Program-made: the position numbers and the translations under genes
Notes under the pieces: model-generated
What the model saw: the letters and a program-made list of their open reading frames with translations, nothing else
Databases searched by the model: none
What the model was told of the DNA's origin: nothing
NCBI RefSeq assembly: GCF_009914755.1
Contig: NC_060947.1
Source of the DNA: the human T2T-CHM13v2.0 reference genome, Homo sapiens
Direction: 5' to 3' (one strand)
DNA length: 64,000 nt
Shown: positions 12,801-29,465 of the stretch, in pieces
Layout of the letters: each line of letters opens with the position of its first letter
Position numbering within the stretch: position 1 is the stretch's first letter

Positions 12801-13889
12801 CCTCTCAAAGTATTCAGTTTCTGTTTTGTGGCAGAAAATTATTGTTGTGAACTCTAACTTTCACCTTGTTTTTCATATCTGTTTCAGATCCTAGGCTAGT
12901 AGCCTTACCCTTGTTATTCTTTTATGTAAGTATTCAGTCTGAATGGTACCAAACTTCCGACTTATTCTGCCTTAGAAGCTCAGCTGGTAGCTTTAAATTT
13001 CTTTCCCAAAAATATGAAGATGAATCCTTGAGTTCTATCAGTTGAGATAGGTTGCATAGGCTTAATTATAATTTGCTGCTCTTTATAATGACAAGACACA
13101 TAACTGGGCTCAGTAGTACATTAAAAAATGATTTTCCCAAGATAAATAGGGCCATGTGAGAATTACACCTGCCACCTTGACCTCACCTACAATTTATTCT
13201 AACCAAAATTAACTAAGGTTAGCAAATTGTGGTACAAAACCTTCCACAAAAGTTTGCAGAAACAGTTACAAGTACCCATTAGTTTATGATATAAAATGGC
13301 CAGGGGGTTCTTTGGGATTGTGAGGAAAGAAAAGGATTATGCATCTCTTCAGTTAATGTTGAAGCTCTGCAAGAATGGTAGAGAATGAAACTTGGAGCCC
13401 AGGATGAATGAGATTGGTAATGGATAGCAGAGGTACAAAGCTTACTGTCAAGTGTTAAGGATAAATTTAGTCATCACAAGTGAACAGTGGCACTTAGTCA
13501 ACATATAGTGTGATTTCCAGGTAAACGTAAGTAATTCAAGCTAGAATGAATGAATATAGAAACTAGGGAAGATGCAAGAGTGAAGGTCAGGTAATAATGA
13601 GAGAATCAACAGGCAAAGACCCAAAGAAATGTTGTTAATATAAGAGCCCATTATTTCAATTGTCCTTTATTCTATATCACATTTCTATAATGTCTCCTTT
13701 CCAAGGCCACTAAGAGACTATATAGATTATGACAAAAGTTTCTATTTTATATAATATAAGACTTGGTTTACTCAAAATAAAAATCCACAGGGACAAAATG
13801 AAAATTTTCATTGACAGATGGGTTTTAAATACAGTAATCCAGGATCTTGTTAAATTAGAAGTTTTCAAAATAAATGAATAACAAGTTTT

Positions 13890-14914
13890 GGTGGAGCCAA
13901 GATGGCCAAATAGGAACAGCTCCAGTCTACAGCTCCCAGCGTGAGCGACGCAGAAGATGAATCATTTCTGCATTTCCAAATGAGGTACTGGGTTCATCTC
14001 ACTGGGGAATGTCAGACAGTGGGTGCAGGACAGTGGGTGCAGCGCACTGAGCATGAGCCAAAGCACGGCGAGGTGTCGCCTCACCTGAGAAGCACAAGGG
14101 GTCAGGGAATTCCCTTTCCTAGCCATGGAAAGGGGTGACAGACGGCACCTGGAAAATTGGGTCACTCCTACCCTAATACTGCACTTTTCCAACAGCCTTA
14201 GCAAACGGCACACCAGGAGATTGTATCCTGCACCTGGCTCGGAGGGTCCTATGCCCACAGAGCCTCACTCATTGCTAGCACAGCAGTCTAAGTTCAAACT
14301 GCAAGGTGGCAGCCAGGCTAGGGGAGGGGCGCCCAACATTGCCAAGGCTTGAGTAGGTAAAGAAAGCGGACAGGAAGCTCGAACTGGGTAGAGCCCAGCA
14401 CAGCTCAAGGAGGCCTGCCTTCCTCTGTAGACTCCACCTCTGGGGGCAGGGCATAGCCAAACAAAAGGCAACAGAAACCTCTGCAGTCTTAAATGTCCCT
14501 GTCTGACAGCTTTGAAGAGAGTATTGGTTCTCCCAGCATGCAGCTGGAGAGCTGAGAACGGACAGACTGCCTCCTCAAATGGGTCCCTGACCCCCGAGTA
14601 GCCTAACTGGGAGGCACCCCCCAGTAGGGGCAGACTGACACCTCATACAGCCAGGTACTCCTCTGAGACAAAACTTCCAGAGGAATGATCAGGCAGCAAC
14701 ATTTGCTGTTGACCAATATCCGCTGTTCTGCAGCCTCCACTGCTGATACTCAGGCAAACAATGTCTGGAGTGGACCACCAGCAAACTCCAACAGTCCTGC
14801 AGCTGAGGGCTCTGACTGTTAGAAGGAAAACTAACAAACAGAAAGGACATCCACACCAAAACCCCATCCGTATGTCACCATCATCAAAGACCAAAGGTAG
14901 ATAAAACCACAAAG
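13890..14914 (+). promoter_or_regulatory. L1 5' UTR internal sense/antisense promoter with YY1 site
   Basis: caagatggcc YY1 motif just after the 5' end; many CpGs decayed. Function assumed from family knowledge, not shown here. Confidence 0.7.
14120..14339 (-). pseudogene. L1 antisense ORF0 remnant
   Basis: MLGAPPLAWLPPCSLNLDCCASNE* (ATG 14339, stop 14265-14267) continuing in frame as MGIGPSEPGAGYNLLVCR..IRVGVTQFSRC, matching primate ORF0. Lower boundary approximate. Confidence 0.8.
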
Positions 14915-15929
14915 ATGGGGAAAAAACAGAGCAGAAAAACTGAAAATTCTAAAAATCAGAGTGCCTCTCCTCCTCCAAAGGAATGCAGCTCCTCACCAGC
15001 AATGGAACAAAGCTGGACAGAGAATGGCTTTGACGAGTTGAGAGAAGGCTTCAGAAGATCAAACTACTCCGAGCTAAAGGAGGAAGTCTGAACCCATGGC
15101 AAAGAAGTTAAAAACCTTGAAAAAAGATTAGACGAATGGCTAACTAGAATAACCAATGCAGAGAAGTCCTTAAAGGACCTGATGGAGCTGAAAACCATGG
15201 CACGAGAACTACGTTACAAATGCAAAAGCCTCAGGAGCCGATTCGATCAACTGGAAGAAAGGGTATCAGTGAAGGAAGATCAACTGAATGAAATGAAGCG
15301 AAAAGAGAAGTTTAGAGAAAAAAGAATAAAAAGAAACGAACAAAGCCTCCAAGAAATATGGGACTATGTGAAAAGACCAAATCTACGTCTGATTGGTGTA
15401 CCTGAAAGTGATGGGGAGAATGCAACCAAGTTGTAAAACACTCTCCAGGATATTATCCGGGAGAACATCCCCAGTCTAGCAAGGGAGGCCAACGTTCAGA
15501 TTCAGGAAATACAGAGAATGCCACAAAGATACTCCTCGAGAAGAGCAACTCCAAGACACATAATTGTCAGATTCACCAAAGTGGAAATGAAGGAAAAAAT
15601 GTTAAGGGCAGCCAGAGAGAAAGGTCGGGTTACCCACAAAGGGAAGCCCATCAGACTAACAGCTGATCTCTCGGCAGAAACTCTACAAGCCAGAAGAGAG
15701 TGGGGAGCCAATATTCAACATTCTTAAAGAAAAGAATTTTCAACCCAGAATTTCAAATCCAGCCAAACTAAGCTTCATAAGTGAAGGAGAAATAAAATAC
15801 TTTACAGACTAGCAAATGCTGAGAGATTTTGTCACCACCAGGCCAGCCCTAAAAGAGTTCCTGAAGGAAGCACTAAACATGGAAAGGAACAACCAGTACC
15901 AGCCACTGCAAAAACATGCCAAATTGTAA
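14915..15929 (+). pseudogene. L1 ORF1p (RNA-binding chaperone), disrupted
   Basis: ATG GGG AAA AAA CAG at 14915, end TAA 15927-15929; fragments MELKTMARELR.. and MPQRYSSRRATPRHIIVRF..; premature stop at 15434-15436 and a frameshift near 15705. Confidence 0.93.
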
Positions 15930-15992
15930 AGACCATCGAGGCAAGGAAGAAACTGCATCAACTAAAGAGCAAAATAACCAGCTAACATCATA

Positions 15993-19797
<3,805 letters not shown>

Positions 19798-21540
19798 ACA
19801 AGGAGAACACATGGACACAGGAAGGGGAACATCACACACCGGGGCCTGTTGTGGGGTGGGGGGAGTGGGGAGGGATAGCATTAGGAGATATACCTAATGT
19901 TAAATGATGAGTTAATGGGTGCAGCACACCAACATGGCACATGTATACATATGTAACAAACCTGCACGTTGTGCATATGTACCCTAAAACTAAAAGTACA
20001 ACAATAAAAAAAAAATTTGAAAATGATTGCTAAAGTTTGACTTGGTATTCTAGATTGTTCAAAGCTTATTTTAGTAAGGTAATTTGTTTTTAATGTTGGC
20101 TTAGTAATTATTTGCACTGTTTTTTATATTTAATAAAATAATGTTAATCTGGAAAATGATGATGAGGAATTAAATGACTCATCTAAGATATTTTTTATAA
20201 AATTGAAACATTGCTAATCATTATGTGCATAGTTTATGTTCGTAAATTAGTACTTCAACTTTAGTGAACAGTAATTTAACAGAACATTTAAAAAGTATGG
20301 CTCTTAATCTAAAACATTAGATGCGTTGATAAAAAATAGCAATGTGAGGGCAAGTAACTAAATCTAAGAAAATAGTTGTTCTTCATTGTCTTTACTAATT
20401 TGTTGGACAAAATTTTGGCACTTCTTTGTATGGCATAATGGTAGAACAGGTGGATCAGAAGTCCTAAGCTCTGTCATTACCTTGTCAGGTAGTCTTAGGC
20501 TTTTCTTTCTTCTTTCATCTTTGACATATCGAAGGAACATGTGCCCTAACTATTCCACAGTGTTGTTATGAGCACAAGTGGATAATGGATATGAAAACAC
20601 TTTGACAACTTTAAAGTAGTATATTTCTACAATGGCTTCCAAAATCTGGCACACTAATGCATTTGATATAAGTTACCATTCCCCAAAGAAGAATATTTAT
20701 ATAGCAAGAAAAATACAAGTAAATTAATGCAGAAGATATAAAGATTTCATAATACATTATTTTGTAATCATAAAAATGTATAATTTGATATTATCAAGAT
20801 AAAAATGAAAAATTTCAACTGAATTACTTTTATGAGAGAAAACACCTATTTATAAAAGGCAAAGAAATATACATTTCAAAAATTCATGTTCACACAATTT
20901 TGGTATATGCATACTCTAAATTGCATTTCACAAATTTCAGTAAAAATGTGCATTTTAAAATAATAAAACACATTTTATTTGATTTTAGGAAAACCTTTAC
21001 AATTCTGTTAAGATCATCTTAACTAAATGTAATATACTGGCATTAGCCCAAAATTAACTGAGCTTGTTTTGTATAAACTGAAAACTCTAGCTAGACTAGG
21101 ATTTTTAAAAGAAAAAAGTATAGGGAGTGATTGCAATTTTCAATGAAAGAGAATAAAAAGGGGTGATCTATTTTTAGTTACAATAGGTGGGAACAAATTA
21201 ACTCCAATGAAAGGTTATAAAAATTAAAAATGGCTATCACACGTTTATTTGGGAATATTTAATTGAAGCACACAGTGCTGGCACAATTTCAAGCTGTTCA
21301 TCACTGATTTCTAAATGCATATTAGCTAATGGATGTATAAAATTGCGTCTTGTCTTAGATAAATGTCTAATAAAAGTCATTTTGGGGGAAAATCTTCCCA
21401 TCATTAAAGAAAAAAAATAACATTATGTGAAGCTATATGTAACTTTAGAGAGAAATTAAGGTATTTTTCCCCACAATAGAGTACTATGCTGGCAATTTTA
21501 TATCTGGATTTGTCAGACCAGCTGAGAAGTGTAGGTTTTT

Positions 21541-22893
21541 AGACACACAGACCTATGGAAAAGAACAAAGAACCCAGAAATAATTCTGCACACCTACGAA
21601 GATCTGATCTTTGACAAACCTGACAAAAAAAAAAAAAGCAATGGGGAAAGGACTCTCTATTCAATGAATGGTACTGGGATAACTGGCTAGCCATATGTAG
21701 AAGATTTAAACTGGACTTCTTCCTTAAACCATGTTCAAAAATTAAATCAACATAGAATAAAGACTTAAATGTAAAACACAAAATTATTAAAACCCTGAAA
21801 GACAACCTAGGCAATACCATTGAGGACACAGGCATGGGCAAAAATTTCATGCTAAAAAAGCCAAAAGCAATTGCAACGAAATCAAAAATTGACAAGTGGG
21901 ATCTAATTAAAGATCTTCTGCACAGCAAAACATATGATCAACAGAGTAAACAGATGACCTACAATAAGGGAGAATAGGAGAAAATTTTTGCAAACTATGC
22001 TTCTAACAAAGGTCTGATATCCAGCATCCATAAGGAATTTAAGCAAATATAAAAGAAACCACCAACCTCATAAAAAAGTGGGCAAAGTATGTGAACAGAC
22101 ACTTTTCAAAAGAAGACATATGTGGCCAAAAATCATGTGAAAAAAAACTCAACATCACTTATCATTAGAGGAATGCAACTCAAAACCACGATGATATGCC
22201 ATCTAATACCAGTCAGAATGACTATGATTAAAATGCCAAAAAATAACAGATGCTGGCGAGGTTGTAGAGATAAAAGAATGATTATACACTGTTGGTGGGG
22301 GTGTAGGTTCAGCCATTGTAGAAAATAGTGTGGAAATTCCTCAAAGACCCAGAGACAGAAAAACCATTTGACCCAGCAATCCCACTACTGAGTATATACT
22401 CAAATAACAGAAATTATTATATTATAAAGACAAGTGCACATGTATGTTCATTGCAGCACTCTTCACAAAGACATGGAATCAACCTAAATGCCCATCAATG
22501 ATAGCCTGCATAACGAAAATGTGGTATATATACACCATGAATACTATGCAGCCATAGAAAGGAATGAGATTATGTCCTTAGCAGGGACATGGATGGAGCT
22601 GGAAGCTTTTATACTCAGCAAACTAACGCGGGAACAGGAAACCAAACACCGCATGTTCTCACTTATACGTGGGAGCTGAACAAGGTGAACACATAGACAG
22701 GGAGGAGAACAACACACACTGGGGCCTGTCAGGGTGTGGGGTGGGGGGAGGGAGAGCATTATGAAAAATAACCAATGGGCACTAGACTTAATACCTGGGT
22801 GATGAAATATTCTGTACAAAAAAAAAAAAAAACCCATGACACAAGTTTACCTATGTAACAAACCTGCATCCCCTGAACTTAAAATAAAAGTTA
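21541..22893 (+). mobile_element. 5'-truncated older L1PA (about L1PA13-15)
   Basis: ORF2 C-terminal text plus 3' UTR cttaatacctgggtgatgaaata..cccatgacacaagtttacctatgtaacaaacctgca..cttaaaataaaagtt. Confidence 0.9.
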
Positions 22894-23844
22894 GAGTTAT
22901 AGGTATTTAAAATAATGCTTTTGCCTCACAAAGGGTACTGCAGTTGATTTTCAGAGATCAATTTTGTTTATTCAGATTTATATATAAGCTTACTAAAGCG
23001 TGAGGCGATTAAATACATTTTCTCATACAGTGATTTTCTATATTCGCAGTAGAAATCATAAGCATGAGGCAAATTTCAGAATATTCTGGGACTTAGATTA
23101 ATTCAAATGAGACGCTCAAAGGAACTTCTATTCAAAGTTATACTGCATGTACAAATCTTAACTGAGATTTTTAAAGACAAGTTTAGAAAATATGAGCCCT
23201 ACAGCATCTAAATTTAACACTTTGTTTATGTCAGCTTAAAATGAAGATACCTAAAATCACCTCTTCAGTAGCAAAGACAAGCATTTTTTTTAAAGAGAAA
23301 ATGCAGTACATTTGTTTCAGATCCTGTTAGGCTCCAGGAACTCAGGTTTTAGTAACGTAGATAATCCAGTTTCATCAAACTTACCAAAGGTTTGTTAGAC
23401 TTGTTGTAATAGAAATGTCTGTATATATCTATATATAGATAAATATATACACCCCACTTTAAGGAAACGTAGAGTACACAACTCCAGTTTTAAAACAGGT
23501 AAATTAGGAAAAGTTGCTTATTTGTAAAAAGATCTATAGTGTTGCAAAAGATTTGCAACATCTTTAAAGTAATCCCACTTACTCAACTTATTGTTTTTAA
23601 ATGTATTCGATGAAATTCACTTACACGTAATGTTTAGGAAGACATTAATGGGATAAAGCAGGTACCCAGGTATTCACTTAGAATGTAATGCTACGAAGGC
23701 AATAATATATAGATGTTCCATCTCCTTCCATAAACATAGGTAAATTTATTTTTTAAAGTGTGTAAATTAATTGCATATCATTTAAATGATGTTTTGACTA
23801 ATGAAACACTACAGCAGTCTTAACAGATACATTAAAAGTCAAAT

Positions 23845-23990
23845 AACTTAGGTTCCTGGCAATGTTTTACTTGTTAACCCAAGTGGGTTACATGGGTGTT
23901 CACTTAGGTGGTAAGTAATTCACTGAACTGTACAATAATGTTTTGTGTACATTTCTATAAGTCTGACACACTTCATTCCGAAAATTAAGT
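23845..23990 (+). mobile_element. L1ME/MC 3' UTR relic
   Basis: ggttacatgggtgttcactt..aattcactgaactgtaca..ttttgtgtacatttct. Confidence 0.5.
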
Positions 23991-25009
23991 CAACTAGTAA
24001 GATTGGAATGGTGTGTAAGTATAAATTTATATTTTTGGAGAATCTTTCAAGGCCTGTTCCTCAATTTTAGCAGGCAGAAAATAGTCATCCAAAAATTACA
24101 AGCGAAAAAGAATCCTCTTTTTATAGAATGGGTCAGGAATATTCATTTGGCGAAATGATTTTCCATATAAACAAGAGTTATAGTTTTCTGCCAAGAAAAT
24201 GTACTCTAAAAGTTGGAAAGAAACTCAATGATTCTTATATTTCCCTATGGGCTGATTTTGGGTCCACAGAAGAAGGAGGAAGGAGGAGGCTGGAATGGGG
24301 AGGGAGAGGAAGAGGTTGAGAAGTAAACTACATTTTATGAGGATGTAAAAATCAAAGGCGATTTCCCCAGAACTTTAACTTAAGGTGAGGACAGAAAGAT
24401 AGTTGGTGAGATTATTAAATAAGAAACTCATAATTTAGTGGCATTTTATGGATTAAAATATGTTTGAATTAACTAATTTTACATAAACACTGAGTATTGC
24501 TGTGACTTCTCATTTGAAATTCACAAAAACAACATTTTCACTAACTTGATAAATTGTTTTTTAAAACCTGTGAATTTGATGAATTTTATTCTGCTGACAT
24601 TTTAAAGGTATATTCTGTCTCTCTAAGAGCAAATGGGAAAGTCATTCAAAAGACCTACGTTCAAACGCTAGTTGCTGTTACTGACAAACTGTGAGATCTT
24701 GTCTCCAGGACTGTATAACTGAGATAGTAGCACCTAAGTTTGATGCAAAAGTACCTGATACACATGTTTTTTGATCAAATGTTATCTGATTACTTCTTTT
24801 TAAAAAGAGAGTGAGAAGATTTCTTGTGCTTGCTGAAGTGAAGTAAGCCTGTTACCATTTAATTCTGATATAATTCTGATTACAACTAAAATTGATTATG
24901 GAAAAATTATGGAAAAGAATATGGAGACCTCGAAATGTAAATAATAGCAGACAGTTTGGGAAAGGAAGCCAAAATCTAAAGAAAGACTAGTAAATTATCT
25001 TTTTTTCTC

Positions 25010-26185
25010 CTGTAGCAGTACACTTGACCAGCAGACAGAACATATTGGGGAATTGTGCAGTGGGCAGAGACAACCAAAACCTCAAGAGGAATTTATCCTT
25101 GTGACCACAATACAAGCAAAAGGGTCCCCTTAAGCCCCAGAGTAGAAGGGAAATATGGGGTGGGAGGATGGAATCCTATTTTCTTCTTTTTCTTTCCTAC
25201 CCTTCCTGGATCCAGCACTAGCGCTAAATTTCACTGCTGCAATTCAGAGGTACCTAAGCCCCAAGAGAAACCTCATGCCTTTGGATAAGGGCTCAGGAAA
25301 AGGAGCCTCTGTTCTGCAAAGAGTTTTGGGGGACTCTCCATGTTTTTTTCTCTTTATTCTCATTCTGCCTATTTAAACTAAACTGTGAACATGTGCAGAT
25401 AACTAAAACACTGAGAGAATTCCATATTTCTGGCCAGAGAAACAATTAACAAGCCCCTGAGATCTGCAGTGCATAAGGAAAATCCCAAAGATGAGAGAGT
25501 TGGAGAAGTATACCCCTAAATCTGTGTTTGAACTGACTGAAATCCCAGGCTCACCCCAAGGCTGCAGATGTGTGGAACACACCCAAAGAAGCATAGCAAA
25601 GGTTTTGACATTGTTTGTATAACTATAAACTACTGCCCCCGTCCCAAATTAACTCTGAAAGTGGCGCATGAGAGAGGTACAACCAAAGGGCATAGCAAAG
25701 GTCATTTGTAATATCATCTGCAGAAAGAAAGAACTTGTGGTATAAACCTAACTTTGGCAATTTCATACTAAAAGAACAGACAATTTTCCCTAGAGGATTT
25801 TTAACTGGACTCAGAGTCCCACAACATAAATAAAAAATGCTCATCACAGAAAGAAAAATACTAGATAAAAATAAAACAAAGCAAGAAAATATGACCACTT
25901 CTCAAGGAAAAAAGAAAGAACAACAAACAGATGGTGACCCCAACATGTTACAATTATCAGACAAAAACATTAAATAAGCTGATATAATCACCCTCTGATG
26001 AAGTAAACAGCTTTGAAATTAATGCTAAGATAGATATTCTTAGCATAAAATACAAATTACCAAAAAATTGGAAATTTTATAATGAAAAGATTCCATATCT
26101 GAAATATAAACATTAGTTGGATGGGGTAATTATCAGAATGGAGATGACAGATAAAATGGTAAGTAGAAAACAGACCAATAGAAAT
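25010..26185 (+). mobile_element. Ancient L1M 5' UTR/ORF1 fragment
   Basis: aagcaagaaaatatgaccac..ttatcagacaaaaacattaaa..ttggatggggtaattatcagaatggagatgacaga resembles L1ME-type ORF1; upstream part tentative. Confidence 0.55.
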
Positions 26186-28964
26186 GCTAACTACATGTGA
26201 GACAGTCCCAATAATTTCCAGAAATTCTTAAAGGACTCTTTAAAGAAGTCTGAGATACTGTAAGCAGGTGGAGACAAAAGCCAGTGGATTTGAATGATTA
26301 CATTATGTGTGACCCCATATATTCTCAGAAACTGGTGAGGCCTATGAAAATTCAAACTATATTTGAAAGTCTGACTATGTGTGATTTTTGCATGTATGAC
26401 ATTTCAGAGTAGGCTTCTAGACCCAGTCAAATCCTGATGCAAGTCAAAATTACATATGTAAGTTGACAATCGTTATCTTTCATGTAGAAACATAAACATG
26501 ATACTATCTTGTTATTTTTCCTTTCAAGCATTAATTAAATTTGTCTATATTAATTGGGTACAAACATATGCTTATTTGGAGTGTCATAATTTATGCATGT
26601 ACTCTCCTGATCCTGGTGATTTCTTCAGATATCTCAAAGATTTTCAATGAGAAATCTCATCCATTGCTATGGAATGGATTTCTATGACTTCAATAATGAC
26701 ATGAGAACATAGCTAGGTTTTCTTTCAAGATCTAGGCCTTGGCTTTAATGATACTATCAATATAAAAGCTGTGGGCTGGAGCCAGTGCTCCAATTCCAAG
26801 GTAGCTCAATTATATTTTCCAAGGCCAGGTCCCACATGCACTCTCTGGGGATGATTTATAGCTGTAGTTGTCAACTTCTTTTCACTGTGTTTTACAAGAT
26901 GGATAAAGATTGCATACAAAACACATTCTTTTAGACAGGTTTCAATTTTAGTCATGGGATATGGAATACATTAAATAGTCTGTTGGTCATGTGATGTTCC
27001 TAGTGAATTCTATGTGTTTCTCTTCTACTAAAGAAGAAATAAAGGAATATATGCCAATAAGGATAATATACGAATGAATAAGCTACATAAGATAAAATAT
27101 TGGTAAACTTTGTATTTTAACTTTGCACAGTAGCAAATTACTGGCAACACATGACTATGTCATGATGTCATGATATGCAGGTTGAGAACTGCTAATCTGA
27201 ACCATGTTTCCTGTGGCCTCTAGCTTGCATAGAGGGTGGCAATGCAAAAACCTGGCCCTTATTTTTCCACCGTTATTGAAAGATAATCAACCAATAAAAG
27301 TAGATATTTAAAATATATAACGTGATGTTTTGATATATGTATACATTGTGAAATTACTACTACAATCAAGCTAATTAACATATTCATCATCACATAGTTA
27401 TCTTTGCATATACGTGTGTTCATGGTGCAAAAAATTGAGATCTACTCTCAGCAAATTTCATGTATATAATACATTATTATTAACTATGGTCAGCATGCTG
27501 CACTTTTGGTCTCCAGAATTTACTAATTTTATAACTGAACGTTTTTACTCTTTAACCATTATCTCCCTTTGTCTCCCACCCCCATTCCTTTGTAACTATC
27601 ATTCTAGTCTCTGCTTCTGTGAGTTTGACATTTTAGATTCCTAATACAAGTTACATTGTGTGGTATTTGTTTTTCTGTGTCTGGCTTATTTTACTTAGTA
27701 TAATGTTCTCCAGGTTTACTCATGTTGTTGCAAATGGTAGGATTTCCTTCTTTGTAAAGGCTGAATGATATTTGGTTTTGTGTTGCCTTTTATTTATTTT
27801 TCTTGGCTAATTGATCGGTCTGAAACTTTCAGTGTTTGTTGAGTAGAAGGGATGAGAGTGGGCATCCTTGTTTGTTACTGATGTTAGAGAAAAAGCTTCC
27901 AGATTTTCACCTTTGTGTATGATTTTATCTGTAATCTTGTCATTTATGGCCTTTATTATGTTGTGATGTATTCCTTCTATACCTAATTTATTGAGAGTTT
28001 TATCATGAAAGGGTGTTGAATTTTGTTAAATGCTTTTTTTTGCATCTATTTAGATGGCCATGTGATTTTTGTCCTTTACTTTATTAAGGTAGTATATCAT
28101 ATTGATTTATTTGTGCATATTGAATAATTCTTGTATCCCAGAAATAAATCCCACTTGATGATGGTGTATGCTGTTTTGAGTGTACTGTTAAATTTGGCTT
28201 GCTGGCATTTTTGTTGAAAATTTGCATCTACTTTCATCAAGGATATTGGCCAGTAATTTTGTTTCCTTGTAATGTCTTTGTCTGGCTTTGGTAATGGGGT
28301 TATACTGGCTTTATACAAATGAGTTTGGAAGTGATATCGCCTCGTTAGTTTTTTGAAAGAGTTTTAGAAGAATTGTCACTAATTCTTTAAGTATTTGGTA
28401 GAATCCACCAGTTAAGACATCTGGTACCGAACTTTTCATTGTTGATATACTTTAGATTACAGATTCAATCTCATTACTTACTGGTCTATTCAGATTTTCT
28501 ATTTTTTATGATTCACTCTTAGTAGGTTTTATGTTTCCTGGAATTTATTTCTTCTACATTATCCAATTGTTGAGATGTCATTGTTCATATTAGTCTCTTA
28601 GGACCTTTTGTACTCAGGAGGTATCACTTCTAATGTCTCTTCTTTTTTCTATTTCATTTATTTGAGTTTTCTCTATTTTTCTTGGTTAGTTTATATAAAA
28701 ATTCATCCATTTGGCTTATATTAACAAACAACTCACAATTTTGTTGATCTTTTCTATGACGGTCCTAGTCTTCATTTCATTTATTACTGACCTGATCTTT
28801 GTTATTTCCTTCCTTCTGCTATATTTGGGCTTCTCTTAATCCAAAATAAAAGCTAAAATTATATAAAAAAACACAGAGGATAAGAAAAAAATAGGAATTT
28901 CTAAGGAGCTCTGAGTTTTGTTTTTTCAGAAAGTCTTTTCTATATAATTAATTTAGTAATTGTT

Positions 28965-29266
28965 GATTGGGCACAGTGGCTCACACCTGTAATCCCAGGA
29001 CTTTGGGAGGCCGAGATAGGTGGATCATTTAAAGTCAGGAGTTTGAGATCAGCCTGGCCAAGATGGTGAACCACCGTCTCTACTAAAAATACAAAAATTC
29101 GCCGGGCCTGGTGGCAGGCGCCTGCAATCTCATCTGTTAGTGAGGCTGAGGCAGGAGAATCCCTCGAACCCAGGAAAGCGAAGGCTGCAGTAAACTGAGA
29201 TCATGCCACTGCACTCCAGCCTGGGTGACAGAGTGAGACGCTGTCTCAGAAAAAAAAAAAAAAAAA
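28965..29266 (+). mobile_element. AluS (Sx/Sz-like)
   Basis: Full Alu with poly(A); TSD agtaattgt/agtgattgt. Confidence 0.92.
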
Positions 29267-29304
29267 AGTGATTGTCTTCTATTTGAGAGTAGGGGAGATG
29301 CATT

Positions 29305-29465
29305 TTACTAGCTCTGTAACCTTTGGCAAGTAACTTAATCCTTTTGTCCTCAGTTCTATCATCTGTAAACTAGGGGTCATAATGGTAATTATTTCGTAGG
29401 GCTGTTGTGATAATTGAGTGTGTTAATATGTGTAGTTAGCTTTGAACATTGGTTGGGACAAAAGA
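29305..29465 (+). mobile_element. MIR
   Basis: ttactagctctgtaacctttggcaagtaacttaatc..cctcagttctatcatctgtaaactagggg..agggctgttgtga. Confidence 0.85.

Noticed and set aside
12180-12960. Possible splice acceptors (ttgtcttgcag at ~12203, tctgtttcag at ~12888)
   Set aside because: No convincing paired donor or sustained reading frame; part of the interval is an L1ME relic.
19841-19875. G-quadruplex-forming tract
   Set aside because: Standard L1 3' UTR G-rich tract; not specific to this locus.
24860-24930. Micro-duplications taattctgat x2 and tatgga x3
   Set aside because: Short slippage products expected in AT-rich DNA.
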